Origin: Prorocentrum cordatum
Lineage: Eukaryota
Length of the DNA: 54,263 nucleotides
Direction of reading: 5' to 3'
Assembly: GCA_963575745.1 (NCBI GenBank)
Contig: CAUYUJ010000254.1
Span: 62,001 to 116,263 of the forward strand
Translations under genes and position numbers: made by a program
Shown: in pieces, positions 1 through 12,910 of the stretch
Numbering within the stretch: position 1 is the first letter of the stretch
How the letters are laid out: every line of letters starts with the position of its first letter
The notes under the pieces: generated by a model
Seen by the model: the letters and a program-made list of their open reading frames with translations, nothing else
Database searches by the model: none
What the model was told of the DNA's origin: nothing

Positions 1-1850
1 CCGAGCAAGGGCCACGTTTTTTCACGTGTGTAGGCCATCCAGGTGTGTATCTAACATGGTTGCCCAGACCTGGATCCATTTGTTTTTACATGTCCAGGCC
101 GCCCAAGGGGGTATCTAACGTGGTGGTCCCGCGCTGGAACCATGTGTTTTTATGTGCCCAGGCCTCCCTGGGGGTATCTAACATTGTTGTCCCGAACTGG
201 TACCGCGTGTTTTCACGTGTCCAGGCCACCCAGGAGGGTTTCTCACTTGGTGATCCTGTGCTGGAACCGTGTGATTTTGCGTGTCCAGACCACCCAGGGG
301 GTATCTAACATGGTGGTCCCGAGCAAAGACCAGGTGTTAAACGTATCCAGGCCGCTCATGGGTGCATCTAACACGGTTGTCCCGAGCTGGCACCCGCGTT
401 TTCACGTGTCCAGGCCACCCAGGGGGGGGTATCCAACATGGTTGCCCCGAGCAAGGGCCACGTTTTTTCACGTGTGTAGGCCATCCAGGTGTGTATCTAA
501 CATGGTTGCCCAGACCTGGATCCATTTGTTTTTACATGTCCAGGCCGCCCAAGGGGGTATCTAACGTGGTGGTCCCGCGCTGGAACCATGTGTTTTTACG
601 TGCCCAGGCCTCCCTGGGGGTATCTAACATTGTTGTCCCGAAATGGTACCGAGTGTTTTCACGTGTCCAGGCCACCCAGGAGGGTTTCTCACTTGGTGGT
701 CCTGTGCTGGAACCGTGTGATTTTGCGTGTCCAGACCACCCAGGGGGTATCTAACATGATTGTCCCGAATTGGAACCACGTGTTTTTACGGGTCCAGGCC
801 GCCAAAGGGGGTATCCAACATGGCGTCGGGCCCAATGCCGAATTATCAGGAAACGCACGGAGGGCCGAAAAGCGCTAACTGAACACATATCCTAAAACAG
901 AGCAGTCATGTTTTCTTGCTCTATACAGGGGGTTGCGCTTTGGGGGCCTCTCCAGGGAAGACATTGCGATGATGTCTCGAGCGGGAGCGCGAATTCAGCG
1001 TATCCAAGCCACGCAGGGGGTATCTAACATGGATGTCCCGAGTTGCAACCACATGTTTTTACATGTCCAGGCCACCCAGGGGGATATCTAACATGTTTGT
1101 CCCGAGCTGGAACCACGTGTTTTTACCTGCCCAGGCCACTCTGGGGGGTATCTGACGTAATTGTCCCGACTGACACCACGTGTTTTTACGTGTCCATGCC
1201 ACCCAGGGGGTATCTAACATGGTGGTCCCGAGCAACGACCAGGTGTTTAAACGTATCCAGGCCGCTCATGGGTGCATCTAACACGGTTGTCCCGAGCTGG
1301 CACCCGCGTTTTCACATGTCCAGGCCACCCAGGGGGGTATCCAACATGGTTGCCCCGAGCAAGGGCCACGTTTTTTTCACGTGTGTAGGCCATCCAGGTG
1401 TGTATCTAACATGGTTGCCCAGACCTGGATCCATTTGTTTTTACATGTCCAGGCCGCCCAAGGGGGTATCTAACGTGGTGGTCCCGCGCTGGAACCATGT
1501 GTTTTTACGTGCCCAGGCCTCCCTGGGGGTATCTAACATTGTTGTCCCGAACTGGTACCGCGTGTTTTCACATGTCCAGGCCACCCAGGAGGGTTTCTCA
1601 CTTGGTGGTCCTGTGCTGGAACCGTGTGTTTTTACGTGTCCAGGCCACCCAGGGGGGTATCTAACATAGTTGTCCCGAGCTGGCACCATGTGTTTTTACG
1701 TGTCCAGGCCACCCAGGGGTGTATCTAACATAGTTGTCCCGAGCTGGCACCAACGTTTTTACGTGTCCAGGCCGCCCAGGGGGGTATTCAACATTGCGGA
1801 ACCAGGTGCTTTAACATGTCCAGGCCACCCAGAGGAGGTATCCAACATGG
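1..1850. repeat. Tandem satellite, ~64-bp monomer with 7-mer higher-order repeat (~446 bp)
   Basis: Monomer GTCCAGGCCACCCAGGGGGTATCTAACATGGT.GTCCCGAGCTGGAACC.CGTGTTTTTAC. GTATCTAAC-like anchors at 47, 111, 174, 238, 301, 364 and 429. The variant monomer CCGAGCAAGGGCCACG recurs at 1, 447 and 1355. Interrupted by ~180 bp of non-satellite DNA at ~822-1000. Confidence 0.95.
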
Positions 1851-1969
1851 GCCTCCTGGGGCCTTCCTGGGGGCCTGGAACGGACGTCTAAGATGCAGAT
1901 GTGTTGAGGATGCCTCGAGGGAACCACTTGTTTTCATGTGTCCAGTTCGCCCAGGCGGATGTCTAGCAT

Positions 1970-3130
1970 GAGGTGGCACGTCCATTGGCACGTTCAGTAG
2001 CGCGTCCCCTCGGCACGTCCCGTGGCACGTCCCCTGGCACGTCGCCTGGCGCGTCCTTTGGGACGTTCCGCGGCGCGTCCTCCTGGCATGCTCCCCTGTC
2101 AATTAGCTCTGGGGCAGCTACTATGTGCTGAGGCAGCTCGAGCTTAAGATCCAGATCAGTTCGGCCAGGACTCGGATGCAAAGGAGGACTCGATCCAAAA
2201 CGCTATAGAGGGCAATCGCGGCATGGCACATCGTAATTCAGCACGGCGCAGCACAGCACAACCCTCGGCACGGTACATCAAGATCGATACACTCAGCATT
2301 GCAACCTGGCCCTTGGCACGTTCCGTGGCGCGTCCCGTGGCGAGTCCCCCTGGCACGTCGCGCGGCGCGTTCCCTGGCAAGTCCTGTGGCACGTCCATTG
2401 GCACGTTCCGTAGCACGTCCCCTTGGCACGTCCCGCGGTGCGTCCCCGTGGCACGTCCCCTGGCACGTCGCCTGGCTCGTCCGGACGTTCCGCAGCGCGT
2501 CCTCCGGACATGTCCCCCTGTCAATTAGATCTGAGGCAGCTACTATGTGCTGAGGCAGCGCGAGCTTAAGATCCAGATCAGTTCGGCCAGGACTCGGATG
2601 CAAAGGAGGACTCGATCCACAACGCTATAGAGCACAATCGCGGCATGGCACATCGCAGTTCAGCACGGCGTTGCACAGCACAGCCTTCGGCACGGTACAT
2701 CAAGATCGATACACTCAGCATTGCAACCTGGCACGTTCCTTGGCACGTTCCGTGGCGCGTCCCGTGGCGAGTCCCCCTGACACGTCCCGTGGCACGTCCA
2801 TTGGCACGTTGCGTAGCGCGTCCGCTTGGCACGTCCCGCGGTGCGTCCCCGTGGCACGTCCCCTGGCACGTCGCCTGGCGCGTCCCTTGGGACGTTCTGC
2901 GGCGCGTCCTCCTGGCATGTTCCCCTGTCAATTAGCTCTGGGGCAGCTACTACGTGCTGAGGCAGCTCGAGCTTAAGATCCAGATCAGTTCGGCCAGGAC
3001 TCGGATGCAAAGGAGGACTCGATCCACACCGCTATAGAGCACAATCGCGGCATGGCACATCGCAATTCAGCACGGCGTTGCACAGCACAGCCTTCGGCAC
3101 GGTACATCAAGATCGATACACTCAGCATTG
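1970..3130. repeat. Compound tandem repeat, ~410-420-bp unit x ~3, containing GGCACGTCC sub-repeats
   Basis: The block TCAATTAGCTCTGGGGCAGCTAC...GATCGATACACTCAGCATTGC recurs at ~2099, ~2521 and ~2928, separated by runs of ~12-bp (T)GGCACGTCCC variants. Confidence 0.93.
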
Positions 3131-3317
3131 CGTTTGTCCGTCGCCCAATCAGGTGTCTTTGAAACGTTGCCATGCCTTACATTTTATTCCTTTCCGGGTT
3201 CGTGGGTCGATCATGTTCCCAACCCTCCTTGGTTGGGCATTCGTTTTGACTAATGCATTTTGCTCAGTTCTTCCTCCTGTCCGCCTTCCTCCTGCCTCCT
3301 CCTGTCTTGCCTCGGGG

Positions 3318-4876
3318 GGGGGGGCTGCGATCTGTGAAACTGTCGCCACTTTCGAGGGTTGCTGGGGGTCCAGCACAGTGACGTCCTACGCAGATTCAAA
3401 TGTGACCTCGCCATCCCTGGGGGGGCTGCGATCTGTGAGACGGTCGCCACTTTCGAGGCCTGCTGGGGGGTCCAGCATAGTGGCGTGCTACGCATATTCA
3501 AATTTGACCTCGCCGTCCCCGGAGGGCTGCGATTTGTGAAACCGTCGCCACTTTCGAGGGCTGCTGGGGGGTCCAGCACAGTGACGTCTTACGCAGATTC
3601 AAACGAGACCTCGCCTTCCCTGGGGGGCTGCGATCTGTGAGATGGTCGCCACGTTCGAGGCCTGCGGGGGGGTCCAGCGCAGTGACGTCCTGCACGTATT
3701 CAAATGGGACCTCGCCATCCCTGGTGGGCTGCGATCTGTGAAACTGTCCTTACTTTCGAGGGCTGCTGGGGGGTCCAGCACAGTGACGTCCTACGCAGAT
3801 TCAAATGGGACCTCGCCATCCCTGGTTGGCTGTGATCTGTGAAACTGTCGCCATTTTCGAGGCCTGCTGGGGGGTCCAGCACAGTGACGTCCTACGCAGA
3901 TTCAAACGAGACCTCGCCTTCCCTAGGGGGCTGCGATCTGTGAAACTGTCGCCATTTTCGAGGGTTGCTGGGGCCCAGCACAGTGACGTCCTACGCAGAT
4001 TCAAACGAGACCTCGCCATCCGTGGGGGGCTGCGATCTGTGAAACGGTCGCCGCCACTTGCGAAGGCTGCTGGGGGGTCCAGCACAGTGACGTCCTACGC
4101 AGATGCGGATTCGACCTCGCCATCCCTGGGGAGCTGCTACTTGTGAAACTGTCGCCATTTTCGAGGCCTGCTTGGCGGTCCAGCACAGTGACGTCCTACG
4201 CAGATTCAAATGGGACCTCGCCATCCCTGGTTGGCTGCGATCAGTGAGACGGTCGCCACTTTCGAGGCCTTCTGGGGGGTCCAGCACAGATGCGTCCTAC
4301 GCAGGTTCAAATGGGACCTTGCCGTCCCTGGGGGGCTGCGATCTGTGAAATTGTCGCCACTTTCGAGGCCCTGGGGGGTCCAGCATACTGACGTCCTACG
4401 CAGATTCAAATGGGACCTCGCCATCCCTAGGGGGCTGCGATCTGTGAGATGGTCGCCATTTTCGAGGCCTGCGGGGGGGTCCAGCATAGTGTCGTCTTAC
4501 GCAGGTTCAAGTGGGACCTTGCCGTCCCAGGGGGGCTGCGATCTGTGAAACTTGTCGCCACTTTCGAGGGCTGCTGGGAGGTCCAGCACAGTGACGCCTT
4601 ACGCATATTCAAATCAAACATCGCCATCCCTAGGGGGCTGCGATCTGTGAGACGGTCGCCACTTTCGAGGCCTGCTGGGGGGTCCAGCATAGTGACGTGC
4701 TACGCAGACTCAAATGGGACCTCGCCATCCCTGAGGGGCTGCGATCTGTGAAACTATCGCCACTTTCGAGGGCTGCTGGGGTCCAGCACAGTGACGTCCT
4801 ATGCAGATTCAAATGGGACCTCGCCATCCTTGTTGGGCTGCGATCTGTGAAACAGTCGCCACTTTCCAGGCCTGCT
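3318..4876. repeat. Tandem satellite, ~101-bp unit x ~15
   Basis: Unit GGGGCTGCGATCTGTGAAACTGTCGCCACTTTCGAGGGCTGCTGGGGGTCCAGCACAGTGACGTCCTACGCAGATTCAAATGGGACCTCGCCATCCCT, repeated head to tail. Confidence 0.96.
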
Positions 4877-5270
4877 AGTGGGGCGGGCCAGCATCGTGGG
4901 GCCCCACGGCGGACCCAATTGGGACCTCCCAACTGCTGGTCGCAGAAATACATACGTCCATGTCTCGCCATCACCCCCTTATGACGTCGCCCAAGCTGCT
5001 CATGCCCCGCATTGCGCAGGGGTTGGGTACGTCGCCAGGGTATTTTTTGTTGTATCTTTCTCCCTTGTCCCTCCTCTGCTTGGCGGGGTGGGACACTTGC
5101 AGTACCTGAGCCCTTCGGGACCGATTCGCGTAAGTCGCACATACGCGGGGACGCTCCGCGCTGGAGTCTACCTGAAATTGAGTCCGTGCCCATCTCCGAG
5201 CCGAAACCTGCGCAGCGCCTGTTTCCTCATCACATCGCAAAAGGCTCGCTTCTTCGGGAGGCTTTTATTT

Positions 5271-6143
5271 CGGCAGGGCTTCGCCCCCTGCCGCCGGCCC
5301 CCTCTCTCGGATAATGGGCTATGCAAGAGCTGAATCATGAGGCCTCGGCGCCTCCGTGAAGCAGCATCGGCAAGAGAAATTGAGATTCTGATGATATTGT
5401 TGGAGTCAGTGTTGCATTTTGAACCTGCCCCCGTCTGCTGTGCTCTGAGGTTCCCCACAGAATTTCAGACATGTGGCAAATCCCATGGGTTTTTCGACCC
5501 TGACTCCGCCGATCTGCGTGAGGGGTGCCTCCGAATTTCAGAAATGCGGCAAATCCCGTTGTTTTTTCGACCCTGACCCCGGCGATCTGCGTGAGATTTC
5601 AGAAATGTGGCAAATCCCATGAGTTTTTTGACCCTGACCGCGCCGATCTGAGTGAGGGGTGCCGCGGAATTTCAGAAATGTGGCAAATCCCATGTGTTTT
5701 TCGACCCTGGCTCCGCCGATCTGCGTGAGGGGTGCCTCCGAATTTCAGAAATGTGGCGTATCCCATTGGTTTTTCGACCCCCACTCTGCCGATCTGCGTG
5801 AGGGGCACTGCCGAATTTTAGAACTGTGGCAAGTCCCATCGGTTTTTCGACCCTGACTCCGCTGATCTGCGTGAGGGGTGTCACCGAATTTTGGAAATGT
5901 GGCAAGTCCCATTGATTTTTCGACCCTGACCCCGCCGATCTGCGTGAGGGGTGTCAATTTCGACCCCCCTCAGACATTCTGGGAACCCTCCCCAGAGACG
6001 CTAACCAGGGCACTTTTCTACAACAAGGAACAGGAGCAGCAGAAAGCAATCTTGTTACAGTGGGAACTGGAAACTGGAACTGGCGCAGGGAACAGCAAAC
6101 CCTCGTCCTGCAGCCTGGTGGCCCCACAAGGGGGCCGGCGGAT
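5271..6143 (-). mobile_element. Putative non-autonomous Helentron/DINE-like element A, carrying a 73-bp tandem array
   Basis: Hairpin GGGC-TTC-GCCC at 5276-5286. CCGCCGGCCCCC at 5291-5302 is a perfect 12-bp inverted repeat of GGGGGCCGGCGG at 6130-6141, and the latter also pairs locally with GGCCCC at 6120-6125. T-rich left flank, no target-site duplication seen. Both ends are homologous to element B. Confidence 0.7.
5460..5957. repeat. Tandem repeat, 73-bp unit x ~7 (cargo of element A)
   Basis: GAATTTCAGAAATGTGGCAAATCCCATGGGTTTTTCGACCCTGACTCCGCCGATCTGCGTGAGGGGTGCCTCC; units start at 5460, 5533 and onward. Confidence 0.95.
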
Positions 6144-7264
6144 CCCCCCGCAGTCCTGCCGTTCATCCTCGCCCCCTGGCCGCTGGAAAGGCCCTGCTCG
6201 TGGACCAGGGGGTCGGGGATTTGATTTTCGCGTGGGCTCCCGCGTCCTTGGCCAGCCCTTCCGTCCTTTTACTCGTCCGCTCGCTCCCTTCCACCCTTTT
6301 TCCCCTGATCCTCCTCGTTCCTTCCATGACCAGAATCCATGGCCAGATGACCGATGCGGTTTGCGAGCCACCACGCGGCCCGTGGAAAGCCAATCGGGGC
6401 ACTGTCGCCGCCGAGCGCAAGCTTTCGTCGAGGCGTCGTTGCCAGAGCGGGCCCCGACCTCCCCCGTGAGCCGCGGACTTTCTGTGAGCTTCTGTTGCAG
6501 GTTTCCGCCTGCCAGGCCTGACTGCGCGCAAGAGGGGGCGTCAGCGACGGGGGCGGGCTTCTGAGAAGCCGGGGGGGGGTGCTCCGAGCGCAGAGGCCTC
6601 GTTAGAAAGGGCCTGTTGGCTTCGAAGGCAGTTGCCTGCTCGCGAGCAGCCCCCCCGTGCCGTTCTTTGGAGCCCCCCCGGGTTTTTCCGAAGGCTGCCC
6701 CACTCACGCCACTACCTTTGTACGCGCTGCCCACCTGCCCTCCCGCTCCTTCTCGCCCTCCCCTCCCCTCCCCTCCCCCTCGGCCCCCTCGCCGCCGCGC
6801 TCGTCCTTCTCGCCCCTCGCCCTCCTCTGCCTCGCCTTCTCCCCTCTCCCTCGCCGCGCCTCCCTCGAGCTGCGCCCCGACGTGGCACGGGGGGCGGCGC
6901 GTCCGCGCTGATGCCCCCCCCCTCCCTTCTGTCCAGGTGGGCAAAGACGAGTTTGTGGAGGGCCTGATGCGTGCAGGCGCGGCGTTTGTCGCCTCCACGG
7001 CCGGCCGTACCCCGGGGCGGGCCCCGCGCTCTGGGAACCGAGGGAAGCCGCCCTCGGCAGGGGCCAGCGGAAAACGCTAGCGGGATCCTGCTGAGGTGAG
7101 GCGAGGCCGGTGGGAGCTGGCAGAAGCCAGCGGAGGACCAGCGGTTGGCCGGCTGATGTGAGAAGCGCCTCCCCGAAAGAGGCTTATCGGTGGAACCGGA
7201 ATGGGTACGAAAGCAATTGGCACGACGCTCAGCAACAGTTCTTGTCCATCTTGAACAGGACTCG

Positions 7265-7265
<1 letters not shown>

Positions 7266-7309
<44 letters not shown>

Positions 7310-7359
7310 CGTCCGGCCGGCCGGCCGGCCGGCCGGCCGGCCGGCTGGCCGTCTGTCTA

Positions 7360-7410
<51 letters not shown>

Positions 7411-7432
7411 CTTTGTCTGTCTGTCTGTTTGT
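7266..7432. repeat. (GTCT)n microsatellite with central (GGCC)n core
   Basis: GTCT runs grade through GTCC into palindromic GGCC units at ~7315-7350 and back to GTCT. Confidence 0.95.
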
Positions 7433-7509
7433 TTTTCCCCATATCCTAAGATGGGGTTCTTGTTATTTCTTGGACGCCGCCGACTCAAGAAAACCAGAAC
7501 ACACCTAGA

Positions 7510-7735
7510 ACACAGACTTACTCATACACAGACTTACTCATACTCAGACTTACTCATACCCAGACGTACTCATGCACAGACTTACTCATACCCAATTTTT
7601 CTCATACGCAGACTTACTCATACACAGACTTACTCATACTCAGACTTACTCATACCCAGACGTACTCACACACAGACGTACTCTTACTCAGACCTACTCG
7701 TATTCAGACCTTCTCATAGTCTGAGATACTCAACA
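7510..7735. repeat. 16-bp minisatellite CAGACTTACTCATAC(A/T/C)
   Basis: About 14 degenerate tandem copies. Confidence 0.92.
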
Positions 7736-7740
7736 CACGG

Positions 7741-8962
7741 CAGATTTTGAGGATGTCTCAGGCGGGGCGCTGGCTTCAGCACCCCTAAGGGGAGCCGCCA
7801 GGGGGTGTATCACGGGCCCGTTCGCGGCCAGTTGGTGGGGATGTCTCAGGCGGTTTGCTCGTTTTCATGCCCAACATTCTTTGCTTTCAGAGCCGATTGT
7901 GAGGATGTCTCAGGCGGGGCGCTGGTTTCAGCACCCCTAAGGGGACCCGCAATGGGTGTTCTCACGGGCCCGTTCGCGGCCAGTTTGTGGGGATGTCTCA
8001 GGCGGTTTGCTTGTTTTCATGCCCAACATCCTTTGCTTTCAGAGCAGATTGTGAGGATGTCTCAGGCGGGGCGCTGGTTTCAGCACCCCCAAGGGGAGCC
8101 GCCAGGGGTGTTCTCACAGGCCCGTTCGCGGCCAGTTGGTTGGGATGTCTCAGACGGTTTGCTCGTTTTCATTCCCAACATCCTTTGCTTTCAGAGCAGA
8201 TTGTGAGGATGTCTCAGGCGGGGCGCTGGTTTCAGCACCCCTAAGGGGAGCCGCTAGGGTGTTCTCACAGGCCCGTTCGCGGCCAGTTTGTGGGGATGTC
8301 TCAGGCGGTTTGCTTGTTTTCATGCCCAATATCCTTTGCTTTCAGAGCAGACTGTGAGGATGTCTCAGGCGGGGCGCTGGTTTCAGCACCCCTAATGGGG
8401 ACCCGCAATGGGTGTTCTCACGGGCCCGTTCGCGGCCAGTTGGTGGGGCTGTCTCGGGCGGTTTGCTAGTTTTCATGCTCAACATCCTTTGCTTTCAGAG
8501 CAGATTGTGAGGATGTCTCAGGCGGGGCGCTGGTTTCAGCACCCCCAAGGGGAGCCGCCAGGGGTGTTCTCACGGGCCCGTTCGCGGCCAGTTTGTGGGG
8601 ATGTCTCAGGCGGTTTGCTCGTTTTCATGCCCAACATCTTTTGCTTTCAGAACAGATTGCGAGGATGTCTCAGGCGGGGCGCTGGTTTCAGCACCCCTAA
8701 GGGGAGCTGCCAGGGGTGTTCTCACGGGCCCGTTCGCGGCCAGTTTTTTGGGATGTCTCAGGCGGTTTGCTCGTTTTCATGCCCAACATCCTTTGCTTTC
8801 AGAGCAGATTATGAGGATGTCTCAGGCGGGGCGCTGGTTTCAGCATCCCTAAGGGGAGCCGCCTGGGGTGTTCTCACGGGCCCGTTCGCGGCCAGTTGGT
8901 GGGGATGTCTCAGGCGGTTTATTCGTTTTCATGCCCAACATCCTTGGCTTTCAGAGCAGATT
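7741..8962. repeat. Tandem satellite, 152-bp unit x 8
   Basis: GAGGATGTCTCAGGCGGGGCGC at 7749, 7901, 8053 and onward. Each unit contains GGATGTCTCAGGCGG twice, suggesting an ancestral dimer. Confidence 0.96.
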
Positions 8963-9417
8963 TTGTTGCGTTGTCAGGAGGTCTGTGCACCGAGACCACC
9001 AACGTCATGATTTTCTCAACACGTCGCCTCCCCGAGGTCTCGACGTCTTCCCCAGGACCGGCTTTTCATCCCGAGTTGTTTTCTGAAGGTCCCAGGCCCT
9101 GGGGATGGCCCCGGGAGGACGACAATCGACGAAAACCCACCGTGAAGATTTTTTCACGATGCGAGGGGGTCTGAGGAGGGGCAGGTCTCCATGAGGCCCG
9201 CTCCCAGGGGCCGGGCTTCCGGTCCGGTGCCCCGTCGTCCCTCCCCAGGGGTTCGGGCCGGGGAGGCAGGCCTTGCGTGGCGCGCGCCGAGGACCAGCCC
9301 CGAGACGGGGCCCGCGGAGGCGCAGTGGCGGTGTACGGTCGGGAACCTTGGGTTGCGGCGGTGGCGTTGGTTAAGGAATGTGTCCAGGAGGCCTTAGACC
9401 CTGGAGGTTTCTTTATC

Positions 9418-9665
9418 CACGGCCACTCCACAACCAACTGGAACTCCGCCGGCTTCCAGGCCGTGGATTCCTTATCCAATGGTCCCTTATCTCCCTCTGG
9501 ACGGGGAGCCCTGGCCTGGGCGCGGACCCTGGAAGTTTCCTTATCCGATGAGAGCGTCTGGGATACCCACGGCCAATCCAAAACTGGAGCTCCGCCGGCT
9601 TCCAGGCCGTGGATTCCTCATCCGATGCTCCCTTATCTCCCTCTGGACGGGGAGCCCTGGGCGCG
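9418..9665. repeat. Local direct duplication (~100-bp core, ~146-bp period)
   Basis: AACTGGA.CTCCGCCGGCTTCCAGGCCGTGGATTCCT...CCTTATCTCCCTCTGGACGGGGAGCCCTGG occurs at ~9436-9513 and ~9581-9660. Confidence 0.85.
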
Positions 9666-10004
9666 GCGCGCGCTATCCTGGCGCTCTGTGGGAGCGGGCG
9701 GTGTCTCTCATGCGCCCTCGCGCTCTGGTGGGGCGGGCGGTTCCCGATGCGCTACAAGACAGTCGTATTGTATGCTCGGGGCGGACGCACGCCTCCGAAG
9801 AGGACACGTGGTACGAGCATGTCCAGGTGCGTCCCAGGTCATGCTGCTCAGAAGTGCCCCCCCCACTTGGGTGCCCCCGGCAGCACGGTCGGGGGCATGC
9901 GAGCCGGGGAGGCAGCTCCGAGGTGTGGGGGTGCTGCAGCGCGGCGTGGCCGCAGGTGGTGGTCCGCCAGGAACTCGCGGCTGGCCTGCAGTCCGGGACC
10001 TACA

Positions 10005-10893
10005 CTACACCACGACCACCAGCACCCACCACCACCAGCACCACCACCACCAGCACCCACCACCACCACCTGCACCCACCACCCACCACCACCAGCACCC
10101 ACCACCACCACCACCACCACCACCACCACCACCACCACCACCACCACCACCACCACCACCACCACCACCACCACCACCACCACCACCACCACCACCACCA
10201 CCACCACCACCACCACCACCACCACCACCACCACCACCACCACCACCACCACCACCCACCACCACCACCACCACCACCACGCACCACCACCCACCACCAC
10301 CACCACCACCACACCACCACCACCACCACCACCACCACCACCACCACCACCACCACCACCACCACCACCACCACACCACCCACCCACCACCACCACCACC
10401 ACCAACCACCACCACCACCACCACCACCACCACCACCACCACCACCACCACCACCACCCCACCACCACCACCACACCACCACCCCCACCACCACACCACC
10501 ACCACCACCACCACCACCACCACCACCACCACCACCACCACCACCCACCACCACCACCACCACCACCACCACCACCACCACCACACCACCACCACCACCA
10601 CCACCACCACCACCACCACCACCACCACACCACCACGCACCACCACCACCACCACCACCACCACCACCAACCACCACACCACACCACCACCACCACCACC
10701 AACCACCACCACCACCCCCACCACACCTATCCACCACCACCACACCCCACCACCACCCACCACCACCACCACCACCACCACCACCACCACCACCACCACC
10801 ACCACCACCACCACCACCACCACCACCACCACCACCACCACCACCACCACCACCACCACCACCACCACCACCACCACCACCACCACCACCACC
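10005..10893. repeat. Long (CAC)n trinucleotide tract, ~890 bp
   Basis: Nearly pure CAC repeats with scattered 1-bp indels. This tract generates the poly-P/H/T ORFs. Confidence 0.98.
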
Positions 10894-11129
10894 TCCTTTG
10901 TCCCCTCCCTCTCCCAGGAAGGAGGAGAGGAACAGGAGGATCGGGGAGGAGTGTGGCCGTAGGGGTGGTGAATGTGGTGGTGTATCGAAGACGCCTACGG
11001 CGAATCACCGCCGCCCCCTGCCTTTGTGGAAGCGCCTATGTGGCCGAACGTTGAGGCCAGACCTGCCAAGCCATCGGACCATGTGTTCCCCGAATCGGTT
11101 TGGAAAGCCTTCGGGGAACACGTGAGCGT

Positions 11130-11920
11130 CTTGATGGTCATCGTCGCCGTCTTGGAGGCCTCTTGGGCGATCTTTCGGCGATCTTTGGGGGCTCTTGGGC
11201 CGTGTCGGGCCGTCGGAAGGCCGAAAAAAGGGAAATGCCCAAATCCATCAAAAACCTTTGGAAAATCAGTGATTTTGGCATCTTTTGGCCTTCCTGGAGG
11301 CCCTCTTGGGGGCCTCTTGGGCCCTTTTGGGCCAGCTTCGAGCGAACTTCGGCCATCTTGGTGGGTTCCTGGCACGTCTGACGCCGTCGGGAGCCGTTTT
11401 GGGGGCCTTTCTGGGCCAACGGGGGACCCTCTTGGGGCGCTCCAGGGCCGTCTTGGAGGCCATCTTGGGCGTCTTGGAGGCCATCTTGGGCGTGTTGGAG
11501 GCCTCTTGGGCCCTCTTGGGGCCCTCTAGGGGCCATCTTGGAGGCCACTTGGGCCATCAGGGGGCTCTCTTGGGGGCCTCTTGGGGGATCTTGGGGGCTT
11601 CTTGGGCCGTCTTGAGCCGTCGGAGAGCCGAAAAGGCGCAAATGCCAAAATCCTTCAAAAACCAATGGAAAATCAATGATTTTGGCCTCTTCGGACTCTC
11701 CTGGAGGACCTCTTCGAGGCCTCTTGGGCCGTCTGGGAGGCCTCTGGGGGGCCTCTTGGGCCGTCTTGGGCCGTCTTGGACTCTCTTGGGCCGTCCTGGA
11801 GGCCGTCTTGGACCATCTCGGGCGGACTTGGAGGCCATCTTGGGCTATCTTCGCGATTTTTTGAGGATGTCCCGAGCGAAACGGCCGTTTTTGGGCACGG
11901 TGGCGGGACGGGCCGGATCC
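11130..11920 (-). repeat. Dispersed repeat built from ~11-bp (G/C)TCTTGG(G/A) units
   Basis: Dense CTCTTGGG/GTCTTGGAGGCC units. Related blocks lie at 15640-16160 and 28030-29700, and inverted at 41705-42290. Ends in an inverted element-end motif at 11894-11920. Confidence 0.85.
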
Positions 11921-12219
11921 CACTGGGGAGTTCTTTTGGAAAAAGAACCAAAACCAAAACCTGAAACGTCCAGCACGCCGTGCACCCCTGCAAGCAGGGG
12001 GCGGCGGATCTGATGGCCTCCGGCCCATCCCGCCACCGTGCCTGGGGTGTGGGTCAGAGTTCTGAGGCTTGGAGGATGAAGGAAGGTCCCGAGGGCACGC
12101 CCACGACTCGCCCAGAGGCACGGCGGTGTATATTTCTGCAGCCCGTACACCGTGGCTCGAAGCTGCACGCCTCATCGTCATCGTCATCGTCATCGTCATC
12201 ATCATCTCTGCTGTCCTGC

Positions 12220-12910
12220 CGCTCTTCCCTCCTCTTCCCTTCGTTCTCCTTGTCTTGTCCCTCCCTCCCTCTATCCCTCCCCCTTCTTCTCTCCTCCCCT
12301 CCCCCCCACCTCGCTCTGCCCCCCACCCCCCTCTCTTTGCCATCCTTGCCCCCTTATCCTTCCTTCCTGCCTCCCTCTTCCAGCCCCCCCGCCGCCCCCG
12401 CAGGCTTCGTGCGGGCACGGGAGGAGCGGCGCCCCCTTCTTGCGGCCCGGCCCCTGTCTGCGCGCCGCCCTCGCCCGCCCCCCCTGTCCTTTCCCCTCCC
12501 CTCTTCCCCCCTGTGCCCCTTGCCCCCCCCCCCTCCCCTTCCCCCCCTCCCCCCCCCTTCCCCCCGTCCCTCTCCCTTTCCCTTTCCCGTCTCTCCGCAC
12601 CTCCCCCCCCGCACCTCCCCCCCTTGCCCCCCTCTTCCCCTCTCAATTTGCTCCCCCCCCCCCCCCCTCTCCCCCCCCCCCCCTCCCCCCTCTCCCCCCC
12701 TCCCCCTCCTCCCTCCTTCCCCCCCCCTCCCCCGCCCCCTCTGTTCGGCCGCCCGTTCCCTGGGAGGCGCCACGCCTCGCTGCCTGGGGCGGTTCCCCTT
12801 GCCGACCTCGCCCCTCCGAGTTCTCCTCCCTCCTTTGTTCCCCTTTTCCCCCTCTCCTGCTCCTGCTCCTGCTCTTGCCCCCCCTCCGCCCCTCACCCCG
12901 CCCCCCTTCC
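12220..12910. repeat. C-rich polypyrimidine low-complexity tract
   Basis: Runs of C interspersed with T; G-quadruplex-prone on the minus strand. Confidence 0.9.

Noticed and set aside
9277..11125. 480-560-aa ORFs in three frames
   Set aside because: Open only because (CAC)n has no stops in any frame. The flanking translations have no recognisable domain.
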